A stretch of 64,000 nucleotides of DNA, taken from positions 4,528,001-4,592,000 of the forward strand of contig CM075993.1 of assembly GCA_038087875.1 (NCBI GenBank), given 5' to 3'. Under the pieces are notes generated by a model that saw nothing but the letters and a program-made list of their open reading frames with translations, was not told the origin of the DNA and searched no databases. Below are positions 12,880 to 24,362 of the stretch, one piece after another; the first letter of the stretch is position 1, and each line of letters begins with the position of its first letter. Made by a program: the position numbers and the translations under genes. The DNA is from Malacoraja senta (taxonomy: Eukaryota).

Positions 12880-12995
12880 GTATCTTTTTCGGAATCGGGT
12901 TCCTTGCCGAACTCGTCTGGAAGTGATGTGACTTCTCTGTCCTCGCAGTTACCGACACCCCGAACAGCATGGTGCCCAGCCCGGTGGAGACGTGA
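12880..12995 (+). CDS. ISL2: ISL2 terminal coding exon ([38 protein letters not shown]), with an apparent 1-nt deletion at ~12952-12953
   Basis: Acceptor ttttcccgcag|GTA. The first 24 codons match the ISL2 C-terminus, and the remaining [16 protein letters not shown] (stop 12993-12995) lies in the shifted frame. Length is 116 nt instead of 117. Confidence 0.93.
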
Positions 12996-13828
12996 GCAGC
13001 GAGTCGCCCTCGGGTCCGGTCGGTCCGTCCGTCCGTCCGCCGCATGTTCCCACATAACCCCGCATGAACAGAGCGAATCTCCGGGCAACAAGAACGACCG
13101 CTCCCCGCTATGGGTTTTCCACACACTCGTCTCTCTGCAGCAGGAGGCTCGCAAAGACTGCCAAACACCAAGAAGAAGAAAAAAAACGCACATGGATTTT
13201 TGTTCTGTAAAAAAAAACTGCCACGACTGAACTCTTCGCTCAACTCACGAGTTGTAAATATTTTACATCGAAGCCAAATTAGGTTTTTAGGACTCAAGAA
13301 AACGGTGAAAAAGAGGAGAGAGGGGCGCCAGTGTCTGATGTTCGCATCATCCGACGGGCGAGAAGGGAAAATGGATGTGTTTGTTGTTTTTATTGGTGCA
13401 CAAGACTGTTGGGACTTCACTTCTCTCGACTCTGGCTGGAAAAGTTTCGCACCTCGTCGGAAGTTGTGATAACGGGCCGTCTCTCACCGAGTCTCCCCAC
13501 ACTCTCCTCCCACCCCTTGAGTTTCAATCCCTCTCTCACTCCGCCCATCCCTAGAGAGAGGGAGATAGGGAGAGAGAGAGACTCGCCCCCCCTCCTCATT
13601 ACTTCACCTTGGTTAAAACAGCATGACTGGAAGAAAAAAAAGAATATCATTGTCGATTCCCCTCCACCCATCCCCGATACATGTTGTAAAGTATATATGT
13701 ACCAATGTCAACGGTGGTGGAACCACACCACCACCCCCCCCCCCCACACACACACACACACACACACACCCCACCCCTTAACGGAGTAAGTTATTGCTAT
13801 TTATTGTAAGAACCGCAATTGAAACTGG

Positions 13829-13852
13829 ATTAAAATATTTGATCTTAATAAA
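13829..13852 (+). promoter_or_regulatory. Candidate ISL2 polyadenylation signals (ATTAAA 13829-13834, AATAAA 13847-13852), giving a 3'UTR of ~0.87 kb
   Basis: Hexamers at the end of a mostly repeat-free stretch after the stop codon, followed by a GT-rich segment and then transposon sequence. Confidence 0.6.
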
Positions 13853-14124
13853 GAAAATAATTGTCAACTGTGCACGTTCTAGGTTGTGTAGAAGGTTGGA
13901 ACCCCCCCCCCCCCCGCAGGAGGTAGACACAAAGTAACTCGGGTCAGACGGCATCTTTGGAGAAAAGGAATGGGTGATGTTTCGAGTCGAGACCCTTCTT
14001 CAGACCAGTACAGAACCGGCACTGGCTTTACAGCGGTTAGCGTGTTTGTTTCCTCAGGCGCTACTCAACCCGACTGGTTAATGTGTAGGTACGAACTGCA
14101 GATGCTGCTTTAAACCGAAGATAG

Positions 14125-14555
14125 AAACATAGAAAATAGGTGCAGGAGTAGGCCATTCGGCCCTTCGAGCCTGCACCGCCATTCAATATGATCATGGCTC
14201 ATCATCCAACTCGGTATCCTGTACCTGCCTTCTCTCCATAACCCCCTGATCCCTTTAGCCACAAGGGCCACATCTAACTCCCTCTTAAATATAGCCAATG
14301 AACTGGCCTCAACTACTTTCTGTGGCAGAGAATTTCACAGATTCACCACTTTCTGTGTGAATTTTTTTTCTCATCTCGGTCCTAAAGACTTCCCCTTTAT
14401 CCTTAAACTGTGACCCCTTGTTCTGGACTTCCCCAGCATCGGGAACAATCTTCCTGCATCTAGCCTGTCCAACCCCTTAAGAATTTTGTAAGTTTCTATA
14501 AGATTCCCCCTCAATCTTCTAAATTCTAGCGAGTACAAGCCGAGTCTATCCAGTC
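14125..14555 (-). mobile_element. CR1-clade LINE 3' fragment nested in a Penelope terminus
   Basis: Very similar to 4234-4700. GAAGATAG occurs on both sides. Confidence 0.85.
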
Positions 14556-14626
14556 ACAGAAGATAGACACAAAAAGCTGAAGTAACTCAGCGGGACAGGC
14601 AGCATCTCTGGAGGGAAGGAATGGGT

Positions 14627-14654
14627 GACGTTTCGGGTCGAGACCCTTCTTCAG
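14627..14654 (-). ncRNA. Minimal hammerhead ribozyme motif in a Penelope-like terminus
   Basis: - strand CUGAAGA-A-GGGU(CUCG)ACCC-GAAA-CGUC: intact core, 4-bp helix II, palindromic ACGU helix III, GUC site. Activity untested. Confidence 0.7.
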
Positions 14655-15404
14655 ACTGTAAATAGTCTTGGAGTAAGAGCTAGATTGTAAAATAACTATG
14701 CATCTTGCATCTTAAATATCCTGCGACCGAAATGAAAGACATTCATATAATATTCGGCCAATTCACTTTGAGAAAGCCGGGTCTCTCTGCACGACAAAAT
14801 CTGAGATTAGGAACTAAATACGGCCCGTTTCGTAGTGAAGATAGACAGAAAAAGCTGGAGTAACTCAGCGGGACTGGCAGCATCTCTGGAGGGAAGGAAT
14901 GGGTGACGTTTCGGGTTGAGACCCTTCTTTGCCCATCCACAGCAGAAACCCAGATAATTAAACAGAGACAACGCCAGCCACAATATGATGGCTCTGATCC
15001 TTGCAGGGCTCTGATCGGAAGAGTTTAACGTCCAAGTTGTGGGCACGATATTTCCTTGGGGACTGCTGGAAATGACAGACGAGTTGCAAACAGGAGGTTG
15101 AGAAAACGCAACTGCGATTTCCCAGTAAAACTCTTGCTGTTATACGGGACGGCCGAGCTGTAAATCAGCGGGGAATGTTTATGGGTGACAACTCGGCCTG
15201 GGTCAATGGGACACCGCAGGGTAGCAGCCCCGCGCGTTCACCGTACAGTATCTACACGGCAATTAATACATTAAGATTAATGCATGCAGATGTTATAAAA
15301 GGAGCTGCGTACCACACACGCCGAGCCTTATAACAGGCTGCCCTCCACTCCACTAGGAAATATCAATCATATCCGTTCACTTGCAGGCAATGTGTTTATA
15401 GACA

Positions 15405-15628
15405 GAAGATAGACACAAAAATCTGGAGTAACTCAGCGGGTCAGGCAGCATCTCTGGAGAGAAGGAATGGGTGACGTTTCGGGTCGAGACCCTTCTTCAG
15501 ACCCAGGGTCTCGACCCGAAATATCACCCATTCCTTCTCTCCAGAGATGCTGCTGCCTGTCCCGCTGAGTTACTCCAGCTTTTTGTGTCTACCTTCGGTT
15601 TAAACCAGCATCTGCAGTTCCTTCCTAC
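15405..15628. mobile_element. Palindromic Penelope-terminus element
   Basis: ~95-bp inverted arms centred near 15500-15505. Confidence 0.78.
15473..15500 (-). ncRNA. Minimal hammerhead ribozyme motif in a Penelope-like terminus
   Basis: Same 28-mer as 14627-14654. Confidence 0.7.
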
Positions 15629-16829
15629 ATATTTATAGAACGATTCCACTGAACAGATAAATGTGCGCTGATTTTTTGTCTTCATACTTACTATATATAG
15701 CTGTAATATATGTTACATGTATCTGTCTGTGAGGGGGGTTTGGTCCAGGTAAATATTTACTAAATGTTACGCTTAGTTGGGTCAGATTGTTACCATCAAT
15801 GGGAATGCGTGGAAATGCGATACCATGATTTTGAATTCCCTTCTTCTTCGACAAATAACTGGGATCAGGTATCCACTGCATCTTGATCTCTCGTTCATTG
15901 GAAACAGACACGGTCCTTTCTGAACGCGCTGGGAGCTAGCTGTCGGTTACACTATCCCCCACAAACAATAATGTTGGATTCCATTTCACTTTCCACAAGG
16001 ATCGGGGGTAAACTAAACAATTCGTTGGTAAATGGGTAAATTTCAGATTCGTTTATTATCATTTTTTTTTAAACATCAAAACTAAACTAACCCCAACGTG
16101 CTTTATAACATTTTATGCGTTTCACAATATTTTTTACCAACCTGGGTAAGGCATAAAAAATAATCTCAGCCTCACCGGACCTTTGCCATTTCTAATGGCA
16201 TGACTTATATCGGCTTAATTATCAGTTGTAACCAAAGATACTAGGTCTTTTGTTGTAACTAATGTTATATATTGCATAAAAGGACACAAAGTAACTCAGC
16301 GGCTCCGGCAGCATCTCTAGAGACCATGGATTGGTGACGTTTTGGGTCGGGGCCCTTCTTCAGTTACTCCAGCACTTTGTATCTTTTTTTGTGTAAACCG
16401 GCATCTGCAGTTCCTTGTTTGCATTTTGTACATAACATAATGTAGAAGAATTAAATACAGAATTCGTTTTTTGGAATGTCCTACAATTGGGGTGGACGTT
16501 AGCGTTGCTGTATAACCCAGTCAGGATGCCTTTACTAACTTCAGTCAACCTTAATGCTGTGATTTGGGGACATTAGTCAAATGTGTAAATTTTCCAGTTT
16601 GTTTTTCGGTATTGGGTGAGCTCGGCTTTCATCCTCCCGAACAAAATGTAAACATGACAAAAGGTGTTCGCCGGGTTAGTTCACCCCGGGAGGCGGGAGG
16701 CGGGACGCAGCGTCGGCGCGACCCCCTCCCCGAGCACATCCCGGGCAGAGACCGGCACCTGCCCCGAGGCCCAGCCCGAGCGGAGCTCTTGCCAAGGCCG
16801 CTCACTATTGGTGCAGGTAATAGGGTTAT

Positions 16830-16832
16830 AAC

Positions 16833-16867
<35 letters not shown>

Positions 16868-17129
16868 TCGGCCACGCACAACACACACACACACACATCA
16901 CACTCGGGGACATCCACATACACGTACATCACTTAGAAACACACACACATACGCACCACACTCAGACACCTACAGTACACACAAACACACACACCACAAT
17001 CAGATACACATACACACTCGAGCACACGCATGCACACACACACCACATTCACACACACTCACACACATACATCTACACACACACACACACACACACATAC
17101 ACACACCACACACCACACACACACACACA

Positions 17130-17170
<41 letters not shown>

Positions 17171-17249
17171 ACACACCACACACACATACAACACACACAT
17201 ACACATACAACACACACACACATACATCTACACACACACACACACATAC

Positions 17250-17294
<45 letters not shown>

Positions 17295-17324
17295 CATACA
17301 TCTACACACACACACACACACACG

Positions 17325-17376
<52 letters not shown>

Positions 17377-17397
17377 CATCTACACACACACGCACAC
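16830..17397. repeat. Compound (CA)n microsatellite
   Basis: Seen directly. Confidence 0.97.
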
Positions 17398-18289
17398 AAA
17401 ACCTGCGGCATTCGGAGGGTTTTTTCACTCCGTGTTCGGTTTTCCAGCAAGGCTCTTAGACTTTAAGCGTTGGTAAAGAACCGAAAGCCAACGTTAAACT
17501 AGCGCCTGGCCTCCCCGTGAAGGAGAAGGTGGAGTGAGTGAGGAGATGACTGTAACTGTAACCCCTGTCACAGCTTGACACTGGCTTGTTCTGGGACACA
17601 ACTAGTGTCTGGATCCTTCATCGCCTCTGCACTTAAACTACGTTTTATTTAAGAAATCACGTCTCATGTTCCGCACTGCATCTCCCTGCGTTACACCGCG
17701 CTCCGCGGCCTTTTAAAACGGAGCCCATTTTATTCGCCACAGTTCAAATACTTTTTTTTTTCATGGCTTGGAAATTAACTGGTTTAATGTCGGAACGGGA
17801 CAGGCAGGGGCTCGAGTTTCGGTAACATTTGCAATTTAATTTAAACTAAATTTAATTTAAATGTAGCCGGTGCCTTGGCCCCCAATCCTTGCACCAGGAG
17901 CTGCGTTGAGTGATCTTTGGAAGATCGGGAGCTAATACAAGAAATAAATGAGATTTCGTGGAACTGGTGAACGAGCGCAGATTTAATGCTATAATTTAGC
18001 CGAACAACGAAGTCTCATTTATTATCTTCAACTTAATCTAGGAAATGCTTTATTATCTAAAATAATCGTTTTTTTTTGTTGGTGACATCTCAAATTAATA
18101 TACAGTGAATATGAACAGATTCATATTCTAGCAGTGTCAGAAATCCATACTCACACACACACAGGCCGCCAGTGATATTACGCAGCAGCGTCGATATCAA
18201 ATGAGTTCCACCCAACTTGAATAATGTCGAATTATCAATTTACCACCCCGGTTGTGATGGCCAATGTCATTATATACGTTGTGGCGTCC

Positions 18290-18690
18290 AGTGGTATGAA
18301 TATCCATTCCTCTAACTTCAAGTAGCCCCTGCATCCCCCCCACCACCACTTTCCACCCCATCTCTCTCCACTCCCCCCTCTCAAATTCGCACCAGGTTCT
18401 TGTTCTCACCTAGCAAGCAGCCTCTATCATCGTTACTTTTTTGCATATCATTCATTCATTTGTTCCATATCTCTCTACATCACTGCCCATATCTCTCATT
18501 ACCCCTTTCCCCTGACTCTCAGCTCTGAAGAAGGGTCTCGATCCGAAAGTACACAAAAATGCTGGAGAAACTCAGCGGGTGCAGCAGCATCTATGGAGCG
18601 AAGGGTCTCGATCTGAAACGTCACCCATTCCTTTCTCTCCAGAGATGCTGCCTGTCCCGCTGAGTTACTCCAGCGCTTTGTGTCTATCTT
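18290..18690 (+). mobile_element. Penelope-like element 3' fragment with a nested second terminus
   Basis: Begins SGMNIHSSNFK* (same ORF end as at 63.8 kb), then a pyrimidine-rich 3'UTR, CTGAAGAAGGGTCTCG at 18525 and the standard tail. Confidence 0.7.
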
Positions 18691-19851
18691 CCACTCAAAA
18701 CACATAGCCAACTTCCCCGCTTCATTGGAAAGTACGGATTGTTCTAGAGATTGCACTTAAAGGAGTAAGTATGGCGGGTTGTAGAGGTTATATAAGGAGC
18801 CACAGCATGGAAACAGGCCGTTCGGCCCGTCGAGTAAGTGCGCATCATCAGCGAACTATTTACACTCATCCTTTCTTTAACTTGTCCCCACACCCCCATC
18901 AACTCTATTAGTTCCCCATGTACCATAACACTATTTCAGTACTATAGTAACACTTAAAATACATTTGGACAAGGACTAGGAATAGTTCAGAGGAATATGG
19001 ACCAAACTCAGAAGGTAGAGTCAGTGGGCCGGGCAGCTTCATACAGCATGGAAACAGGCCCTTCGGCCCAACTTGCCCACACCGAAAAGGAATAGGCGAT
19101 GTTTCGGGTCGGGACCCTTCTTCAAATTTAGAGTCAGGGGAGAGGGAATCTCGGACAGGTGGGGCTAGTGTAGACGAGGCATCTTGGTGGGCATGGGCAA
19201 GTTGGGCCGAAAGGCCTGTTTCCGAGCAGTGTGACTATGACTCAAATCCCTGCCAGATTCTAACTCTCACCCACACCCTGGGGGTAATTTTTAAAGAGGC
19301 CAAATAACCAAACGTCTTTGGGATGTGGGAGGAAACTGGAGCATCCGAGGGAAACCCACGCAGTCACAGGGAGAACGTGTAAACTCCACACAGATAGCCC
19401 CCGAGGTCAGGATCGAACCCGTCCTCGCTGGAGCCATGAGGCAGCAGTGGGGGGTGGGGGGGGGGGGTAGCGGGAGAGTATGTTGTGGACAAGAGTGCGC
19501 CACAACCACAAGCCGCCCCCAGGGTAGTTCTGGAGGATCAGCGGCGGTGTCCGATCTAAACGCCAGTCCTCGGCGAGTTACTGCCTAACATCGCAGGGCA
19601 GTTCACACTGTGGAAAGGAAATGCGGATAAATCGCTTATGATAATAAATGCATTTTATGCCGGGCTCAACCAGGCCTGGCGATAATTTAGAATCGCTCGT
19701 GTTTGTCGCTGATGTGTTTGGTCCTTTGAATTCTTCCCGGTATCAACATCCCAGTGTGTGACACTGACAGGCCAAATCAGTTTGTGCCATTCCCGTCCGT
19801 ACGCCGACCTCTGGGAGAGGCTAAATGTCCAGTAATTTCACCATCACCAGC

Positions 19852-20128
19852 GTGTGTGTCTGTCTATGCGTGTCTGCATCTGTGTGTGTTTGTGTGTGTG
19901 TGCCTGTATATGTCAGTATCGGTGTGTCTATCTATGTGTGTGTGTGTGTGCGTGTGTGCCTGCACCTGCGTGTATTTGTAGGTGTGTGTATCTGTATATA
20001 AGTGTTTGTGTGTATATATATATTTGTGTGTGCGTGTGTGTATATGTACATGCATGCGTGTCTGTGTATGTATGTGTGTATACCTGTATTTGTGTATATT
20101 TGGATGTGTGTGTGTCTGTTTATGGGCG

Positions 20129-20165
<37 letters not shown>

Positions 20166-20187
20166 GTGTGTGTATGTGTGTGTGTGC

Positions 20188-20224
<37 letters not shown>
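19852..20224. repeat. Compound (TG)n microsatellite
   Basis: Seen directly. Confidence 0.97.
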
Positions 20225-20225
<1 letters not shown>

Positions 20226-20699
20226 CAGACTAGGGCACAGACCGACAATTCCGGTCTAAAATATGAAGACATTCAGAGTGCCCCGGCTGCTTTGGATGTG
20301 TCCCCCCGAGGGCCGTGGACATTCAGACTTTCAAAACTGAGGATCATAGAGCGAGGGGAAGCCACACTAATTCCAGTGTGGAGGGAGAGGGGAGAGCAGG
20401 AGGGAGGGTGGGTCACCCATGGCAGACGGGGGTGGAAGGGCCGAGTTGCCAGCTCCCTGGCCTTGTGTTCTTGTTACTGTGATGTGGGCCAGTTGGGCCG
20501 AAGGGCCTGTTTCCACACTGTATCACCCTGTGACTCAAAACTCGCCACTTCCTTTACACCGCTTGGCATTTACACCGAGCCAGCGTGAGTGAGTTTCGTT
20601 GTGTTTGCGGGGACGCGACACAGACGCGTGGGCGTAAGGTCTCTTTATTCGGGCATTCTCTTCCTGCGTTTATATTCGGAATACTTCTTTCTGCCTAAC

Positions 20700-20887
20700 T
20701 GTGTGTGTGTGTGTGTGTGTGTGTATGTCTGTGCGTGGGTGTGAGTGGGAGAGAGAGAGACAGAGCGAGAGAGAGAGGGAAAGAGCGAGATGGAGAGAGG
20801 GGAAGAGCGAGAGAGAGGGGGGTGGAGAAAGAGGAGAAGAGAGGGAGAGAGAGAGAGGGTGTGTGTGTGAGAAAGAGAGAGGGGGGG
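20700..20887. repeat. (GT)n followed by a GA-rich tract
   Basis: Seen directly. Confidence 0.95.
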
Positions 20888-21435
20888 ATCGGTACTTGCG
20901 ACTTCCTTGCCTGTTGAGTTTCACTTGTTTAGTGTATGTCTAGACAAAGTAGGGCGATTGGCGGCTGCTTATCTCTTTCTGGCATCACCTGCAAACTATA
21001 CATTGAATCAGAACCACAACAAACCACCGTTTGTTAGCTGCGGGTTCCACTGGACCTAGCCTAGCGTGTCCTGGTTTATTTTTGTTTTCAGACAGACAGT
21101 TCTGCCTATCCGCGACCAGGGAAGGACACTGACTGTTGATGGTGATATTGACCGCGGGAGAATTGCAAGCGACCACCGCCGCAGGTCATTGAAGTGACCC
21201 GGTCAATCTTTCAAAGCTTCACAGAAAGTGTAACATCTTAAACTTCAGCTCTTAACAAAGTGTTACCCAGGCTTCGGCCAAAAAACGAGATGAAGGGAAT
21301 AACTGTGAAGACACCTGAGCCAGTGAAGCGTGTAACAAACTGTGTTTTATTCTAAACTGAGTGTTCAATTTGTAACCGATTAAAAGCTACACTTAGTTCC
21401 TTCTACAGCCTTTGTTAGAATGTAAAATGTTATAG

Positions 21436-21706
21436 AAGGAACTGCAGATGCTGGGAAATCGGAGGTAGACAAAAGTGCTGGAGAAACTCAGCGGGTGCAG
21501 CAGCATCTATGGAGCGAAGGAAATAGGCAACGTTTCGGCCCGAAACCCTTCCGGGTTTCGTCCCGAAACGTTGCCTATTTCCTTCAGGGTTTCGTCCCGA
21601 AACGTTGCCTATTTCCTTCAGGGTTTCGGGCCGAAACGTTGCCTATCTCCTTCGCTCCATAGATGCTGCTGCACCCGCTGAGTTTCTCCAGCATTTTTGT
21701 GTACCT
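21436..21706. mobile_element. Palindromic Penelope-terminus element with an internal 34-bp tandem unit
   Basis: Inverted arms. GGGTTTCG..CCGAAACGTTGCCTAT.TCCTTC starts at 21553, 21587 and 21621. Confidence 0.78.
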
Positions 21707-23519
21707 TTGTTAAAATGTATCGGTGTACTTTTCGCTACAGTTCTGAATCGGCGCCGCACTCGTTCGAGTTAACTCCCCGCCGGGGTATTACAAAAATGTG
21801 ACGAGAAATCTGTCAGGACACAGTCGTAATCAAAGATTATAGAGCTCTTTGCTCTTAATACGCACTGGTACCTAAACTCACCTAGGTCACACAAATGGGA
21901 AATCAGTTTGCTGAGTTCTAGCTCGAGTACGCGAGAAATAGATACATACAGATCGGAAACAAATGGACACTGTGACATTTACTGAGGCTCACAAAACAGG
22001 GCTACGAAACGGTAACGATTTTGATCACAATTGTTAAAACAAGTCGTTACATTTAAATGTGATTATGGGATGTATTTGAGCTGGTTAGCTTTTGCGAAAG
22101 TGTGTCGATTCTACAGCGCTGTAAAACGGGTGGTTTGACCAACGTTCGTGAAAAGAATCGTGTGGAATTTACTAAATCTCACTCCCACGATATTCGTCAA
22201 ATACATTTATGTTTTTTTCGTGTTGAATTCCACGTTGCAGGTTTCCCGTGTGCTCAGTAAAGAGAGGTGAGGGAAGAAAATGTGGGCCCTCTGAATACCC
22301 CGCTCGCTATTCAGCTCTCGTTGTTCGAATAGGGAGGGATACTGAGTAACAAAAACTTGCAGATGAAAGTCACAAACTAGCAAAGACCCGTGGTAGATTG
22401 GTTCTGGCCTAGAGGAGAAATTCAATTAAACGTCGTGTTATCAATTTCCAGAAGTAAAAATAAAAATAAATATATCCACGAATTTGCTAAATTACTACAG
22501 TAAACTACTCGAAACCACAAATTGTCACCAAAGAGTTTTGAGGTTAAGTATATTGGAAAATTGGTGCAGCCTGTCCGCTTTCTTAGTTGAAATGTAAAAC
22601 ATTAAATACAAAATTAAAGAGTTATGGTGCAACATCGATAATGTTTCTTGACATTTTGAACATTATTAAAACACGAAGCGTAAACAGGATCAGTGCCCGG
22701 GGTTACTACATGAAATATAAGCAGCTATGCGCACTCTATGTTGCAAGCCTACGGCGCAAGCCGCATCAAATATGGATTACTGAGAGTAATATCAATGCAA
22801 ATGAAATATGAACGTGCTAATGGAATGACGAGCAACCTCCGATTGATTGCTTAAACCATAATCAATAGTTATTTTATTGGCCACGATTAAAATTCAGCCC
22901 TTATTATCTTCCCCGAATAGAATAGTCTGTTGCTGTAGAAATACAACAACTTGTAAAGTTTCTTAGTAGCCTTCTCCGGGGGTTCACAAAAATTCCTCAG
23001 AAAAACAAAACAGAAAATCTCCAGACACACGAAGTAATATTATGCGGCCTTTAATGAGAGGCGATGAATGAAGGGGGAGGGGGTCGATTGTTATTTTTGA
23101 AATGCCTTTTACTTTCCATTAGTATTTCACGTACAGCGCCCTCAAACACGTGCAGTTAATGGGCATGTGTCATCCGTGTTAGCTATGGTTACATTGATTA
23201 CCAGCAAGTACACAGGTGATATCCATTCTAGGATTTTTTTTTTAAACTTGGGGCACATTGAATTTCCCGTGAAGTCCAGAGACTGGAGTCTGATTTTGCA
23301 GGAAATAAAGGAATCCGGATTGCAGATAGTGCAAGCAGCTCAGGAAAATGTCAAGTGTTAGTCCATTGGCGTCAAATAAAGCAATCCCCACCTCCCCTCT
23401 TCCCTCTCACCCAAACACAAACACACACACACACACACACCTTACCCCACCGAACCGGTACCTTCCGGCGTGTGAGTACAGGCCAGAGAATGACAGATTG
23501 CAGTCAAGCGATTTTACAA

Positions 23520-23830
23520 TTTAAACTTTTAAAAGTTGATTTAATATATTTACATCTTATATCAAAAGTTCAAAATTTGATTTTACATATTTACATCTTA
23601 TATTAAACGTTTAGTAATGGCATTTACACATCGGTATCTTATAATTGTTAACGTTTTAAAAGTTGATTTTATATATTTACATCTTATATTAAACGTTTAA
23701 AAGTTGGCTTTACACATTGGCATCTTAGAATATCTAACTAAAGTTGATTTTCTATTTTTACATCTTATAATTAACTAAGGCTAATTTTTCATATTTACAT
23801 CTCATAGTATTTAGCGTTTGAAAGATAATT
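23520..23830. repeat. AT-rich degenerate minisatellite (~35-45-bp unit)
   Basis: About 8 recurrences of AAAAGTTGATTT..TATATTTACATCTTATA...AACGTTT. Confidence 0.75.
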
Positions 23831-24142
23831 GAGAAACGACTCAACGAACTGTGCAGCGCGGTGCACAATTGGCGCTTTAGAATTTCAATCCAATCTCGGA
23901 TAGCAGAGATTTAAAGGTGGACATATCTTACGACGTTACAAGCTACTAATGGTGTCGTGAAGCGGAGAAACACGGCACACAGATGTCCACTCAAGCTCCC
24001 TCGAACTACAACCCGGACCATAAAGATATGAGAGTATGGACGGTGGAATATATAACAAACCAAAATAAAGCGTTGGAAGAATTTAACCTCGCCTTACACC
24101 TTTACCTCCGCAGATGCTGCCTGGATAGCTGAGTTGTGTGTG

Positions 24143-24362
24143 AAGGAACTGATGGTTTAAACCGAAGATAGACACAAAATGCTGGAGTAACTTAGCGGGA
24201 CAGGCAGCATCTCTGGAGAGAAGGAAAGGGTGAAGTTTCGGGTGGAGACCCTTCTTCAGACGTTAAAGTAAAATTATTTTGAAGGGTCTCGACCCGAAAC
24301 GTCACCAATTACTTCTCTCCAGAGATGCTGCCTGTCCTGCTGAGTTACTCCAGCATTTTGTG
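24143..24362. mobile_element. Palindromic Penelope-terminus element
   Basis: Inverted arms separated by a ~20-bp AT-rich spacer. Confidence 0.72.

Noticed and set aside
12656..13420. 254-aa antisense ORF over the ISL2 last exon
   Set aside because: It runs through GC-rich exon/UTR sequence into a repeat and has no recognisable domain.
16564..17476. 300-aa His/Thr-rich ORF and overlapping Cys/Val ORFs
   Set aside because: These are translations of the (CA)n microsatellite. The same applies to ORFs at 1377-1747 and 19754-20943.
21540..21655. CRISPR-like palindromic 34-bp repeats
   Set aside because: The units are contiguous with no spacers, lie inside a eukaryotic repeat, and there are no cas genes.
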